From Antedon mediterranea (lineage: Eukaryota > Animalia > Echinodermata), in assembly GCF_964355755.1 (NCBI RefSeq), contig NC_092674.1, positions 24,552,001 to 24,616,000 on the forward strand: a stretch of DNA of 64,000 bases, written 5' to 3'. This document shows, piece after piece, positions 12,651 through 26,041 of this stretch (position 1 is the stretch's first letter; each line of letters begins with the position of its first letter). Made by a program: the position numbers and the translations under genes. The notes beneath the pieces were generated by a model. That model was given only the letters and a program-made list of their open reading frames with translations. It searched no databases and was not told the origin of the DNA.

Positions 12651-14695
12651 CATTACAGTAGGCCTTAGTGTATGATTATTGGTAAGAGAAAGATTATGAT
12701 GGGATGGCTTAGGCATAACTACTTGTTCCCCGTTTGTATTTGATGGTGTACTAAATTAATTATAGCTTGAGAGATTATAATTTACTGTACGATGTAGAAT
12801 AAACGAAAGTATTAGAAAAATATAAATGGAATAGTTATAATATAATCACCATCCTTTTTATCACTAGTTAGGTACTTCCGTCATCGTCACCAAAATAGCA
12901 TCATTATCATCATCATCTCTATCGTCGTTATCATATCTATCGTCGCCATCATAATAATAATAATCACCATCGTCATGTTAAAGATGGTTAGGTCAGGTAA
13001 ATCTCTTTCTTTTTCGATTCAATTTTAGGTCAAAGTGAATAACTGTGAAATGTGAAATTAAATAGCATATCCAACAAAAACAACAAAAAGCAAGCAATTA
13101 TCATCAAGCTTCATTTGGCTAGAAACCGATTATTATTGTTATAGTAATCGATTATAATTTGTTATAGTACCGTAATCGATATCTATTGTCTTGGTATCAT
13201 CATTGATATTTAAATCATCATCAATATCATTACCATGCTATAATCATAGAGTGAAGACTCATCTGAATTGGTGTATCTGAATTAGATATTAAACTGTTGA
13301 TCACAACGTACGAAATAGGTCTTACCGCCGACGAAAACGTTAGGGATAAACATTTTCTTTTTTTTCATTGTGTTGAGATCAAATGTTTAAATATCTCCTC
13401 CCCTTCAATATTATTATCACCAAATACCTTATTATATACAAAGACAAAACGAAAGATATTTGCTTACAAAGACGTAGTTTGTATTCTTGTTTTAATATTC
13501 CATATTTTTTTTTATTTTCGACATTTCTTTCAATTACACGTATTCTCGAGTTTCCCAATAACATAACGTAATCTAGGACTATATGCTTTGCTAATCTGGA
13601 TCAATATTAAGTATTCATAAATACCACATAGAAATGTCAATCAATAGTCAATGTTAATCAATAATAAATGTTAATATCTATCAATACTAGCGATCAATAT
13701 CAATCAATAATAAATACCAATATCAATCAATATAAATCAATATTAATTTCAATAGCAATTCAATAACAGCCAGTACATTCAGTAATGAAGCTAAGGAAAC
13801 TATCGTTTTAATGATTTGTTATAAATTCTATTAACTGTATAATCACAATATCTTTGTATTTATTGTAATGCCCAATATTTGTTTTATAAATCTAACCTAT
13901 AATGTACCGTATGGTTTCTATCAATTACATTGTTATTTTAACATAGGTAAGAAAGAACAGAAGAGATATTCATGTGTTCAAAAGCGACAAATCTGGGTAG
14001 CCGGGATATCTTGGTTTTACGCGCGATGTGCTTATCGTCTGTTTTAACTGATCTCTGCATTTCCACACAAGGAGTGTAGCATAACCGACTCTAAAGAGGA
14101 ACTTGCCTTGAAAAAAACCTACTTTCATATAAAGTAAACACATTTGTAAATTGCAATCTTTCCTATTTATTCGAAACAGAATAATAATAATAGAATAACT
14201 TTAAAAACTACATGACGCATGCTCAATTAAGTTATCCAACGTATTTTACTTTTAGTTATTTTCAATTAAGTACTGTAGTAAATAAATGCTATTTTGAATT
14301 GAATTTATTATTTTATCCATACGCAAGTTATTAAACAATACATGATGCCTAATCTATTGTGATAGTTAAAATATAAATCGAGAGTTTGAGAAGCAGCATA
14401 AAACTATCTTATTAACATTTTCATCAATGAACCAGTGATATAAGTATTTTAACCATAATTGATACCGTATTTACAGAGGAAACTTAAAGTAGATCTTCAT
14501 TCGATACGAGTTCGATTGAACCTCGATAACAGTGAGATTTGATTGACCAATCAACGGCTGGTTCTTTGATATGTGCTTACTTCAGTTACGACATTGCTTT
14601 TTTGGGGATACCACAATACCCATTATCAGAATGTTTGTGTTATCTAAGATACGATTTTAATATTAGAGTTCAATCAATATGCAGTGATTCCTCTC

Positions 14696-15426
14696 TTATA
14701 CAGTATTGTCGGCATTTTCCTCAAACGTTGGTAGATCGTACGCTCGCTTTCCAAATGGTGCCCCTTTGTGAAATCGCAGGCCTCTTGTTGGGTTTTTCCT
14801 TATTTCTCTGACGATTTCTTCATCTCCGATTGGGTAAAGTTCACGTTTTGCACTTAATGATCCGCTCCTGTAAAACCCGTTCTGTTGAGAATAATTTAAA
14901 TGATAAAAATAAACGTTTAAAAACCTTTCATAAGATATTCTGACTCTTTTATCAATTCCCGGTACTACCGTACTACCTACTCTGTATTTACAGTATAATC
15001 CAGTAAAGGCAAATTTTGTAATACAGTTTAACATATGTATCACATGTGACGTGTGTAGCATAGGTCATAAACATAACCTAACCTCAAGCTTAACATAACA
15101 ATACATGTACACTGTATTATAATATGTGTCTATGATACTGGACAGATGATGTCATATGTGAAGAGAATGTAGTGGATCCTTTATTTTTATGAAACTGAAA
15201 ATAGTTTCGATGTTAAAATATGTTTATGTTCGTCTTTATTTTATTGTTTAATTAGGTCTATAAAGATTCCTTTTAATCTTACTTGTCCAAGTGTTCCACT
15301 AGCAAACCCGAAACGTCCATTTGGGTTGACCAAACCATAACCACGTCGGTCCGCAGATTCTGCACTTACAAATTCAGAACATACTACCATAGCCAAAAAT
15401 ACGGTTAAAATACTTTCTTTGCGCAT
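14696..15426 (-). CDS. SALMFamide (L-type)/kisspeptin-family neuropeptide precursor (109 aa; exons 15426-15283 + 14881-14696)
   Basis: ATG follows acceptor ttgcAG directly; the phase-0 intron is GTAAGA...caacAG. Protein: MRKESILTVFLAMVVCSEFVSA-ESAD-RR-GYGLVNPNGRFGFASGTLGQNGFYRSGSLSA-KR-ELYPIGDEEIVREI-RK-NPTRGLRFHKGAPF-G-KR-AYDLPTFEENADNTV. The amidated peptide fits the echinoderm L-type SALMFamide pattern [FY]HxGxPF-amide. Confidence 0.85.
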
Positions 15427-17360
15427 CTGCAAGACAGAAAATATAAACATCTTTAAATACTGTCCTTTATATAACACCTAAATATTTGATAAGACAATTG
15501 TGCGTCACGTGGCGCGCAATAGTACATACATTTAACGGTCGTGCAATAATATAATTTTTTTTTAGTTTTTTCCTGTACGAAAAAAAAATCTCTTTGCATG
15601 CGAAAAAAAAACCAAAAAAAATCTGCGTGAAATCTGTTGTTTGGGAGCAGAGCAGCGACGCTCTCTTAAAGACGCGATCTCTCCATCACAACAAGATTAT
15701 AACAATGAAAATGACAATGACAAGAGAAGTAATTCGGTATTGTATTAAGGTATTATTTCTGGAACAAGTGTACATAGGCTAAATTACATATTGAAATTAT
15801 AGGTCTTATTATAATGTAAAAATATGGAGTATTTATTGATATTCATAAATTCTTTAAATATGTTTAATAATAAGTTAAATTTACCAATAATAAAAAGGCA
15901 AACTTCGGTAATGGTATATATCGCATCCACTAAGTGTTTAAATCCATAAAGCTTACTCGAATATTCGAGGAATTGTAATGCACACAATAAAACATTGTTT
16001 GTTTGAAAAGATAAGTGTCTTCCAGATACATCATTGCCGTAATCATATTAACCGTTTATCTTTAATCTTAAGCGGTAGAGCGAAATTACATTATATTATG
16101 ACAAAGGTAAATATCTCAATGACTTGGCTTTCTTACTATACTAACTTAAAGAGCAACTCCGAAATTGAAATATGTATTCCCTCTTTCTATGAATATTAGA
16201 AGAACTCTATACATAGTTTTAAGAACAGAATTTATAACAGTTGCAACAGTCTGATTCAAACCATAATTAAGTTATTTTTTTATGATATTGTAGGTTGGTT
16301 TTGTGGAAGTTGCTTATATTGTTAATTTTCTGTTGTAATTATTCCTGTTTATTATTTATTATTTTTTTTATTATTTATTATTTTTTTTATATTTGTATAT
16401 GGATGTACTATCCGAAATAAAGAAATGAATGAATGATTACTTAATTTTAAGGGGGCATTTTCTTATGCTCGAAGGTGTCTCTTTAATAGTGGTCTCACTG
16501 TAAAAATCCTTGCGTGGCGCTTTACGAAAGCACTACTGAAGCACAACTACTGGTCAGAAATGCCTGTATTTTTTTTTTACTAATTCATTCACAATAAAAT
16601 ATTAAAACCGGAGTGGCCCTTTAAGTTATCGTCGTTGTATTATGACAAAGATGAATAACGCAATCACTTGAATTTCATCTTACTTATGAAATTAGATATA
16701 AAATTGAAAAGTCATCCATCATCAGACTGACAATGTCTTATCGTTTTACCTAATGTTCTTTCCAGTATAACTGATTTTTGGTCTTTCTATTCAAGATAAT
16801 ACTTTTTTTTAGATAGATTTATTCATTTGTTTAGCTTTATCGGATAGCATTATTGTTTTTTTAATAACATAGTAATTGAGTAAAGGTTAATCGGTAAGGT
16901 TAATACTATGTGCATTAGAAAAGGTACTATTGTATTGTACTCTGGAGACCTAACAAGCAATACATCGACCCGATTCTGCCTAGGCGCCTCATTGAATACG
17001 TTAAATAGATTTACTGTGTATAGGTACTGTATCGTACATTTATCAGATTCGAGCAAAGTAGCTCGTTCCGTACTTCAGTTAAGTATAGGCCTAATTGAAG
17101 AAAAAAATGATATTTGTTAAATGATTATAAAAGTCATTTAATATATGAAAAATGCTATTGAGATACAAATTATGCAATAGTAATACACATTCATGAGGGA
17201 TAAAAATGAGATAATAATTTTGTCTTAAGATTAAATAGCCTTTGAATGTCTTGCAGAAACCAGTAGGTAAACTCATTTCGAGAATGTATGTGCTAAGATC
17301 GAATATGTCAAATAGGGCGAACCATATGAAAATAATGAAATTATTATTATTTTTAAATCA

Positions 17361-17476
17361 CCGTTAATCTTCTGATAGTAACCCACTACTCTAATAGTAA
17401 CCCCCTTCTAATAGTAACCCACCCTAAAAAACAATCAAAGAATAATAACCCAGGGTTACAATTAGAAGAATTTCGG
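17361..17476. mobile_element. Tc1/mariner (Tigger/pogo-like) MITE
   Basis: Ends ccgttaatcttctgatagtaaccc and gggttacaattagaagaatttcgg, followed by TA. Internal repeats of taatagtaaccc. Confidence 0.6.
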
Positions 17477-17658
17477 TAGATTATTACTGCCATCAATAAT
17501 GAAAACAATACAAAATAATCAATAATGTATCGATCAATTATTAATATTACTATTAATTATTAACTTGTAAGCTTCATGTTGAATATAGGCCTATATTATT
17601 GATACAGGGTCAAAACATGAAAATGAAATGAGTTGTGACAGTAAAATATTTTATTTTG

Positions 17659-17802
17659 ATCAAACTAGTTGGACAAAAAAAAGTGCGATGTGCCAAAATA
17701 TGGTGGTGATATGCCTAAATATAGTGGTGATATGATGTTATCATGTCCATATGAGCACATTATATTTGTTTTGTCACAACGTTTGATAGTGTAGACAGAG
17801 CT
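17659..17802. mobile_element. MITE family A, left-truncated copy
   Basis: Internal aaatatggtggtgatatgcc units and an intact right TIR gtttgatagtgtagacagagct. Confidence 0.75.
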
Positions 17803-19937
17803 TTAGAATAGCAAGTACCGTATTGCACACTTATTAATTGATTAAGTACTGTAAGTTTTATATACCAGAAGGAGTTGAATAAATGTTTTATCAGGTGTAC
17901 TTTTTCATTTAGAATGTGTGTTTTAATATTTATTTATTGTTTTTGTCCAAACTTGCCCCATGCACATGTTAAGGGTATATGTAGAGGTTTGGACAATAAC
18001 TCATAAAAAACTCATATTATTTTTTAAGTAATTTTATATCTTTATTCCCGTTAGGCCTATATAATAATGATACTGTATACATTGTACCCATCTAATATAA
18101 AAAGAGGAAATTTATTGTGTGAACAATAAATTATATCTGGATTACTGTATAATCCTCAATATAATGCCTCGCTACAGAAAAAGATTATGTGATTCTATCG
18201 TAATGTTACGCATTCGTTGCGTTAAATCTAATGTGAAATTAAAATGAAAAATGTTCAACCCTAACTAAGCTGTAACAGATAAAACAAATGGAAATTAATT
18301 AATATAATTTAATATCATAATTCGTGTATTTTTTGGAGGGTTAAAATTCCCAAGTATGTGTCATAATTACACAAATAAGGTGATCCGTCGTAAGTCGTGC
18401 ATGATCACATCAACGTCAAAAATGTAAATAAGTGTTCTGAGAGCCGTTTTGATTACTAAATGAGCTACAAGCCTTCCAGTAGTCTGTGCCTGACGCGAAA
18501 GTGTGAATATAGCAAAAAAAACTTTCATAATACCATATTTTTTTGCTGCATACTTCGGACCAAGCTGAACAATATAATTTAAAACCTTAGGTCTAATTAT
18601 AATTGTACTAAAATAGTACAAAAACTAAAACGTACAGTAGGCCTATCGGTGAAGATATCGATATAAAATTGTTTGGCCAGATGTTACGATTGTTATATGG
18701 AAATTATGCAGAAACGATTTTACAGAATCAATAATATCATAAGCTATAGGTACATGGGTTTAAATAGACTTACCTCAAGTTTGTTTGAACCCAGACTAGC
18801 GTTTAATATATAACGTTTAAGATATTTATATTAGTGTTCGTTAATTACTTTAGTTATTGATAATTATAATCGTTACACAATTCTGATGTACACGAGACAC
18901 AATAGTAATCATTAGATCAATCAAAAACGACGGATCATCTCACCTGTCTTTTTGTGACTGAACTAACGTTACGTACGCGCGTATGTACATTGCGTTGCAT
19001 CCTGAGAACAATGCTTAATACTTGGTTCTCGAGACGCTCAACGCAAGAACGTCACGTAACGTAAGTGATTTGAGAAATTACAGGCGATGGAATTTTCGAA
19101 CTGTCTCTCTTCATTAGTCAACTCGCGTGTGTTGCGTCACGTCTTTGCGTTGCTTCTCAATCTTAAATTGTATAATTTTTCCATTCATGGACTTATTAGT
19201 ATTTTTATAAATTTGTCATATTTTTAGTCCTACACTAATTATATCAAATTGCTATCACTTCAGCTATTGTTTCCGTATATGATTTATTTATTACCGCTTT
19301 TTTTATTTATCACACCTCCTTCTTTTGGCATACTTTTAAAAGCCATTGGTGTGTCATTTACAAAGACATCGACATATTTATTTCTTACTTTATGCAATGC
19401 TTGCCAAGTAAATAATTAAAAACGAATGATATATTATTTAATATTTATACAAAACATCTATAGATCTCAGCGGTTACGGGATAACAGTTCGCGATAGAAT
19501 TTGGACTAGTTTAAGTCAATAAATACAAGACAAATGTCCATTTACGCTTACACCACAATGGTATGACGTAATAGCAAATATTACACGAATGGACACATGG
19601 TCGGACTGACCAAAACAGGTTATCAAAATTTTCACTTCATCATTAATGTTATCCCCTTTATCAAGCGTTTTAACCAATGACAAGCGAAGTTATAGACAGT
19701 TAGCAATCACAAGCGAATAAGTCATCGCTTGTGATTGGTCAATTCACTTGCGTTGCGTTACGTCCTTGTGTTGCGTCGCTAGTGGGAACCACGCTTTAGA
19801 GGCGCCCTGCATGTTGAGCTATACCGGTATCAAATTGAACTTTATTATTATTAGTAGTAGTATGTTTCTACTATCGTGGTGTGGGAATGACTATCGTTGC
19901 CAGATTATTACAGATATTTACATCCTTCTCTTTGTGA

Positions 19938-21085
19938 AGTTCTGTCTAAACTATCGAACTAGTTTGACAAAAAAAGTTTGATTTGCCCAAATATGGTAGT
20001 GATATGCCTAAATATGGTAGTGATATGCCTAAATATGGTAGTGATATGCCTAAATATGGTAGTGATATGCCTAAATATGGTAGTAATATGCCTAAATATG
20101 GTATTGATATGCCTAAATATGGTAGTGATATGCCCAAATATGGTAGTGATATGCCTAAATATCAATCAATCAATCAATCGTTCGATTTATATAGCGCCAT
20201 TCCAACATTCATTGCTCATGGCGCTGTAAAAAATCAGAAAAGGTGAGTTTTGAGTAGTGACTTAAAGTGACTCAATAATGATGTGTGTTTAATGTTCAAT
20301 GGTAGGTGGTTCCAGAGCCTAGGTCCAGCAACACTGAAAGTCCGATCTCCCCAACTATGTTTGCTCCTTGGAATGTCCAGTAGCACCTGATGACTAGATC
20401 TTAGTTCTCGTTTTCCCTTCTTGACTGTCAACAATTCTGAGAGATATTTTGGAGCGCAACTATTTAGGCATCGGAACACCAGCAGCAGGATCTTAAATTT
20501 AACACGTGACTCCATGGGTAGCCAATTTAACTCTTTGAACAATGGTGTGACGTGATCATACTTCTTGGCACACATCACCAAGTGAGCTGCCCAATTTTGA
20601 ACCTTCTGGAGAGTCCGCAACTGCTTCTTTGGCAGACCATACAGCAGGGAATTTCCCATATCAAGCCGACTGGTAACAAAAGCATGTACAATCTGCTCTG
20701 TTGCATGCACAATGGTTCAAGTAACGTCTGATCTTGGCGATGTTACATAAATGGAAAATAGCAGATCGGCAGATTTTGTTGATATGTGATTCCATGGTCA
20801 TTTTACAATCAAGTTGTACACCAAGGTTACGAACTTCTGATGATGGATTGACTAGTACGCCACCAATATGTAGGCCATCAAACCGGATCTTTTTTCTCTG
20901 CTGAACAGAACCAAATATGGTAGTGATATGCCTAAATATGGTAGTGATATGCCTAAATATGGTAGTGATATGCCTAAATATGGTAGTGATATGCCTAAAT
21001 ATGGTATTGATATGCCTAAATATGGTAGTAATAATATGCTTAAATATGGCAGTGATGTGACATCATCATGTCCATGGGCACAAAG
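19938..21085. repeat. MITE family A copy with an expanded internal 21-bp minisatellite, interrupted by a LINE
   Basis: Left TIR agttctgtctaaactatc at 19938. Unit cctaaatatggtagtgatatg is repeated at 19985-20162 and 20911-21060, followed by the family's gacatcatcatgtccatgggcac segment. It explains the MPKYGSD/ISLPYLG ORFs. Confidence 0.85.
20163..20910 (-). mobile_element. 5'-truncated L2-clade LINE (C-terminal ORF2, frameshifted pseudogene)
   Basis: VRNLGVQLD...IRRYL, frameshift near 20712, then HAFVTSRLDMGNSLLYGLP...LQKVQN...HVTPLFKELNWLP...FSVAGPRLWNHLP...FKSLLKTHLF. The 3' UTR has the stem-loop agcgccat...atggcgct and a (TTGA)n tail. Confidence 0.92.
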
Positions 21086-21654
21086 TATCCGAAAGGGAAT
21101 CTCTTCCTTTTCATAAAAAAAAAGATATCCATAAAATAAAATAATTCGTCCTCCTTTAATACAATTTCTTATATGAAGCATCAATGAAATATTATTTGAA
21201 CATGTAACATGATTTCTGGAATAGAGCTCATATCTCACCAAGAAAAAGTAATTGCTTTGGTGTCTCGTATAATACAGCAGTCATATAACCGATATTTTTT
21301 AAAGAACTGCGTTGAAATAATTATTGATATTTAAGAACAATTTGGTTGGTACGTTCTTTCCATTCATCAATTCTTTGTCATACTAATAACTAGCATTCTC
21401 GCAGATTCACAGAATGTATTCGATTTCCAACAGAACGAATTATTGAAATTGTATCAAATATTATGATAGTAATCATTTTTAGTTTGATTATTAATTCCGT
21501 TAACTAATATAATTGTTTAAATTTGAAAATTGAAAAAAAAAAATTGAATCTTATGTTTTAGTATAGTTTTCAGAAGAATGACGTCATAGAAACGTGTGTA
21601 TTACGTGGTATAGGGACGTTAATATTACGTTGCAGCTCTAGGTTTCTTGTGTAA

Positions 21655-21845
21655 AGGGCCTTTTACACCTGTTCCGGCACGGTTCCGGTTCGGCGAATCG
21701 AACGCCAATGTTTCGTTTTCACGACGCTCCACGCGGCCAAGCACCAATCGATATGCGCGTAGCCGCGTAAAAACGAAACATTGACGTTCGATTGGATTTG
21801 CCGTCGCCGGACCGGAACCGTGCCGGAACAGGTGTGAAAGGCCCT
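21655..21845. mobile_element. PIF/Harbinger-like MITE, near-intact hairpin
   Basis: ~45-bp TIRs agggccttttacacctgttccggcacggttccgg / ccggaaccgtgccggaacaggtgtgaaaggccct, with TAA on both flanks. Confidence 0.85.
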
Positions 21846-22032
21846 TAAGAGCGTGTGTGAGTTGTGCAAGCGCGTTCCCGAGCCATGAGCTAATTGTTTC
21901 CACATTATTGCGTAGTTTAATTTTTGTTAGCTATGAAGTTTGAAATGAGATGTATGACGGATATTTTTAATTAACGTGACCGTATTGTAATGTCCATGTC
22001 ACTCTCATGTTTGTCGTAAAAATTAAAATGAT

Positions 22033-22430
22033 GACACATGAACATCAATGTGTTAACACATGAACATTCGATGTGCTAATACATGAACATTTTATGTACA
22101 TACAAACATGTATGCATATAAACACATGAACACCAATAAGTATACATGAACATTATACACATGAACACTATACACATAACACTATGTATACACATGAACA
22201 CTATACGTATACATATGAACACTGTGTATACACATGAACAATAAGTATACACATGAACAATAAGTATACACATGAACACTAAGTATACACATGAACACTA
22301 AGTATACACATGAACACTAAGTATACACATGAACACTATGTATACACATGAACACTATACGTATACATATGAACACTATGTATACACATGAACACTATGT
22401 ATACACATGAACACCCATACACATGAATAT
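22033..22430. repeat. 19-bp minisatellite
   Basis: Unit taagtatacacatgaacac; homogeneous in the middle and degenerate at the edges. Confidence 0.9.
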
Positions 22431-25400
22431 GAATAAACATCATACATATAAAACAAGTATTTTGTGCAATTTTTAAAAATTAAATTAAATTTAAATAATT
22501 ATGATTCTATTATAATTCAAGATTAGTTTCATCCTACTAAAGGAAATTACATTGCTTGCACAGAATAAAAAATATGTTAACATTTACATTTTAAAATAAT
22601 AATTAAAACTATGTAAAAATACTATTTTGAGTTTGCGGCACTAAAAGAAAGACCATAACGTGATTGGAATAATTCAATACATTTTTCTGGCAACCTTTGT
22701 TATTGTTTGACGGGATTTTTAACAAAAGCCTAACAAATACGATGAAAAATTAATAGAACGAATACTAAAATATGTTGATGATTTAAAAAAAATTGCGTAT
22801 TTAAAACGTTTCACAATTTGTGTTTTATTAAAACACAGACAAATCAACAACAACATCTTATTTTTTTTAATATAGAATTTGAACTATTTTTATACATAAA
22901 ACATTATAATACTATATAGGTCTACTACTACTACTATATAATATTACAGGAGTGAACAACAACAACAGATGTAAAAAAAAGCTAAATAAAACACTCAAAA
23001 CAGAAAATAATTGCACAAGGCCAACCTACAATTTTTATAAAATATGAATAATAGTTATTTAAGCATGTAATAAGTCGGTTCGCACCAGAGTTGACCAACA
23101 TACCCGGGTTAATACATGCCTCGATGGGCTCTTGTTTGAGGCGGATGATTCCTGCCGGCCAGGAATCCTACTCGGATTTAATGCAAACTGAACCGTTTAG
23201 GTGGATCTAGCATGGTAACATTGCCATTTTTATTTGTTGCGATGGGGAGCTATTGTGGGTGGGTGATCACCCATTTCGCCCACATGAGCTGTCAACTTCT
23301 TTGATTAGTGAAGGTACTTATACGCGATAGTAGATACTTTGTAAAACAAATTGATAGCGTGGTGATTTCCTTATTGAGTTATTTTTAAACAGTGATTTGT
23401 GAGGAATTAATTAGGACCGTAGGTTTTTTTTACACTACTATAAAAAAAGCAGCACTAGATTGGTAGAAACTCTTTTAACTTGTTATAGCATCATTTCTAA
23501 TAATTACCCCTGGAAATTTACTAAACTATCTTTAAACATCGGTAACAAATAAATCTACCTATATTGGTGATTTATTACCCAAAACGTAATAAAGTATATC
23601 TAATGCAGTCATTTCAAATTTCTTATCAACCTCTAATTTCTTAATCAAAAGTCAACGACTCATTTTCTGTCAAATCTGAAAATTAAGAAAGAGAAAAAAG
23701 ATACGAAGACTATAGTAAAAATGAGATAGACACTTCCCGTTTTTAGAAACATAATCGTGTCACGTGCAGTAGCGATTAATACACAAAACTAGGTGATTTA
23801 CTAAATCTTGCCAATATCTCACTTATCCCTCCGGCTGAGGCCAATGGATTGTTGACCAACCCGAATCGGTGAAGATAATGAATAAAACGAAAATTACTAT
23901 GACTATAGTTAAATTATAATAAAACGTGTATTACGTTTTTATCTGAATTGTTTTGTATTGTAACATGCTATTCGATATTAAAGTTAATTGTAGGGTTAGT
24001 TTTTAATTTTTGGAAGCTTTCTAGCTTTAAGCAGTCATCGATTAAAAACTACAAATAAAATTATCCAGCATTTCGTACAGAATTACCAGAAAGAAATGGA
24101 GAACATGCCTTATCATCCGATTCAATTTAAATGAGAACTGAGGAAAAACAAGAGGCATTTAAAACTGGTCTTGATTTAAATAAGACGACTACCACCAGAA
24201 GATGGCCGCAACTCCCTGATCGCAAGTACAGCGGCTTTTTAGAAAGATAAGAAGATAAAGAAACTGCATAGCTGCTGGTTTCATAATTTTGATGGTCCGT
24301 GGATAGAAGGGACATTTTTAATAGTCAATTGAAGCCACAGAAATGTTGTATTTGAGTTGGTGATCATGTCGATCGAAAAACTATGCAGGAATGATGACTG
24401 ATTTGAAAATGTGGATGAATGAGAATGTTTAGAAGAAGCCCAGAAAGAGAAGGTGACACAAAAGATTATCATGCTAAAAGGTAAAATGTAACCGATAATT
24501 TTTATCTAATTTTAACAATTTTTAGCCTCTTAACTTTTTGTGTGTGTTCTTGTAAATTGTATTTTATATTTTTGTATTTTGCCAGTTTTCAAATCACATT
24601 TCTGTTTTTTAAATGGACAATAAAGTATATATGACTATGACTATGACTATCATCGATAGATATTTGGAATTGTTAGACTAAAATAAAACAATAGAGACGC
24701 CTGAACACATTTCTTTTTTTTTCAACCCATTATTTTGGGAATTTTACTTTAAGACCGTTGGAATAGAATATTGGCTTTAATTTCGATATTCTTTTTTCTA
24801 ACTCAAAAGAATGATTAAATTGAATTCAAGCAGATATTTTCAATTCCCAGTATAACACAAAATAGAGTTGAGAGACATATTTAATGACCAAACTATAATA
24901 ATCCTCTTGGAACAATATATGTCTTATGATAACTTCCATGACACATTCGATTCTATCAAGAAGAAAAGGACGGAAGGAGGAAGTCAAATTCAAAACGGTA
25001 GCAGATTTTCTAAAATTTACGTCGATCATTTAATTTTACAAAGAGTTTTAATAGGCGCTGTCAGTGAGCAATGATTCGTTTAAAAATTCAACCCCCATCT
25101 TTCTAACTCGTCCTAACGACACCCATCTCTAGGAGTTTTCTTGTTTTTTGATAGACTTTTTTTTAAAGACTTGTTTTTATTCTAAGCCATTGGCTAAACC
25201 GTATGTATACCCAGGGAAGAGTGAACAATTTCACTTTTCTGTGGTATACCGTACCAAATATCTTCATTTGCGGGTTCTTCATTAGATGGTTGATTTATTT
25301 TGTATTATTACCGAGAACTATCACTTTTATTTTGCTTTTGGATAACTACCGTATAACTTTCTTCATTATTACATTTCATTAACCCATTCATTTGTCACAA

Positions 25401-26041
25401 ATTATACATAATTCATGTTGATGAATTGAATGTGAAATTCGTACACAATGTAATGTCTCATTTAATGAAGATCATGTTTGTATGTCTTCTCGAATTCTTC
25501 AATCGTTATTAATAATCTCCCAGGCGAGATCATAACATAATTGATATCGATTTAATATTAAATAATAAGTGTGCTGACATTGTTGAATTAAAGTTCATTT
25601 TTACTTATATTGAGTGAAACTGACAACTGATGTGATATTGAGTATATTAATATCAACTGTCAAAATAATATATAAAAAAATGTTGTCGAATAATTAAGTG
25701 TATAATAGATGCCTAACTTTGGTAGAGGATATTGTACTACTATAATACTACTATTTAGTTACAACACGATCTTAGTGGCGGCGCACAAAAAGAAACACGC
25801 GTAACATAAACAGAAACCAATCATGGTAATGCATTTGTTTCTCGTTTACGTCGACTTTAATAATTTATTTCTAATACCTAACAAATCTTTTTAAAAACAT
25901 GATTCCAAAATACAAAGATAAACAACAATGTGATAAAGTAAACCAAAATTGAAAATACGAATAAGTACAGTTTTACTGTATACTAGTAAAAAATGAAAAG
26001 ATTCCTATAAATTGTAAAAATAAATACAAGTAATTGCTTAC

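Noticed and set aside
14882-15061. N-terminal 60 aa of the 121-aa minus-strand ORF
   Set aside because: Intronic read-through; the true exon begins at 14881 after caacAG.
19946-21241. MPKYGSD / ISLPYLG / ITTIFRH heptad-repeat ORFs
   Set aside because: Translations of the 21-bp MITE minisatellite, open on both strands.
21625-21905. GC-rich 80-92 aa ORFs
   Set aside because: They lie over a palindromic Harbinger-like MITE and have no recognisable domain.
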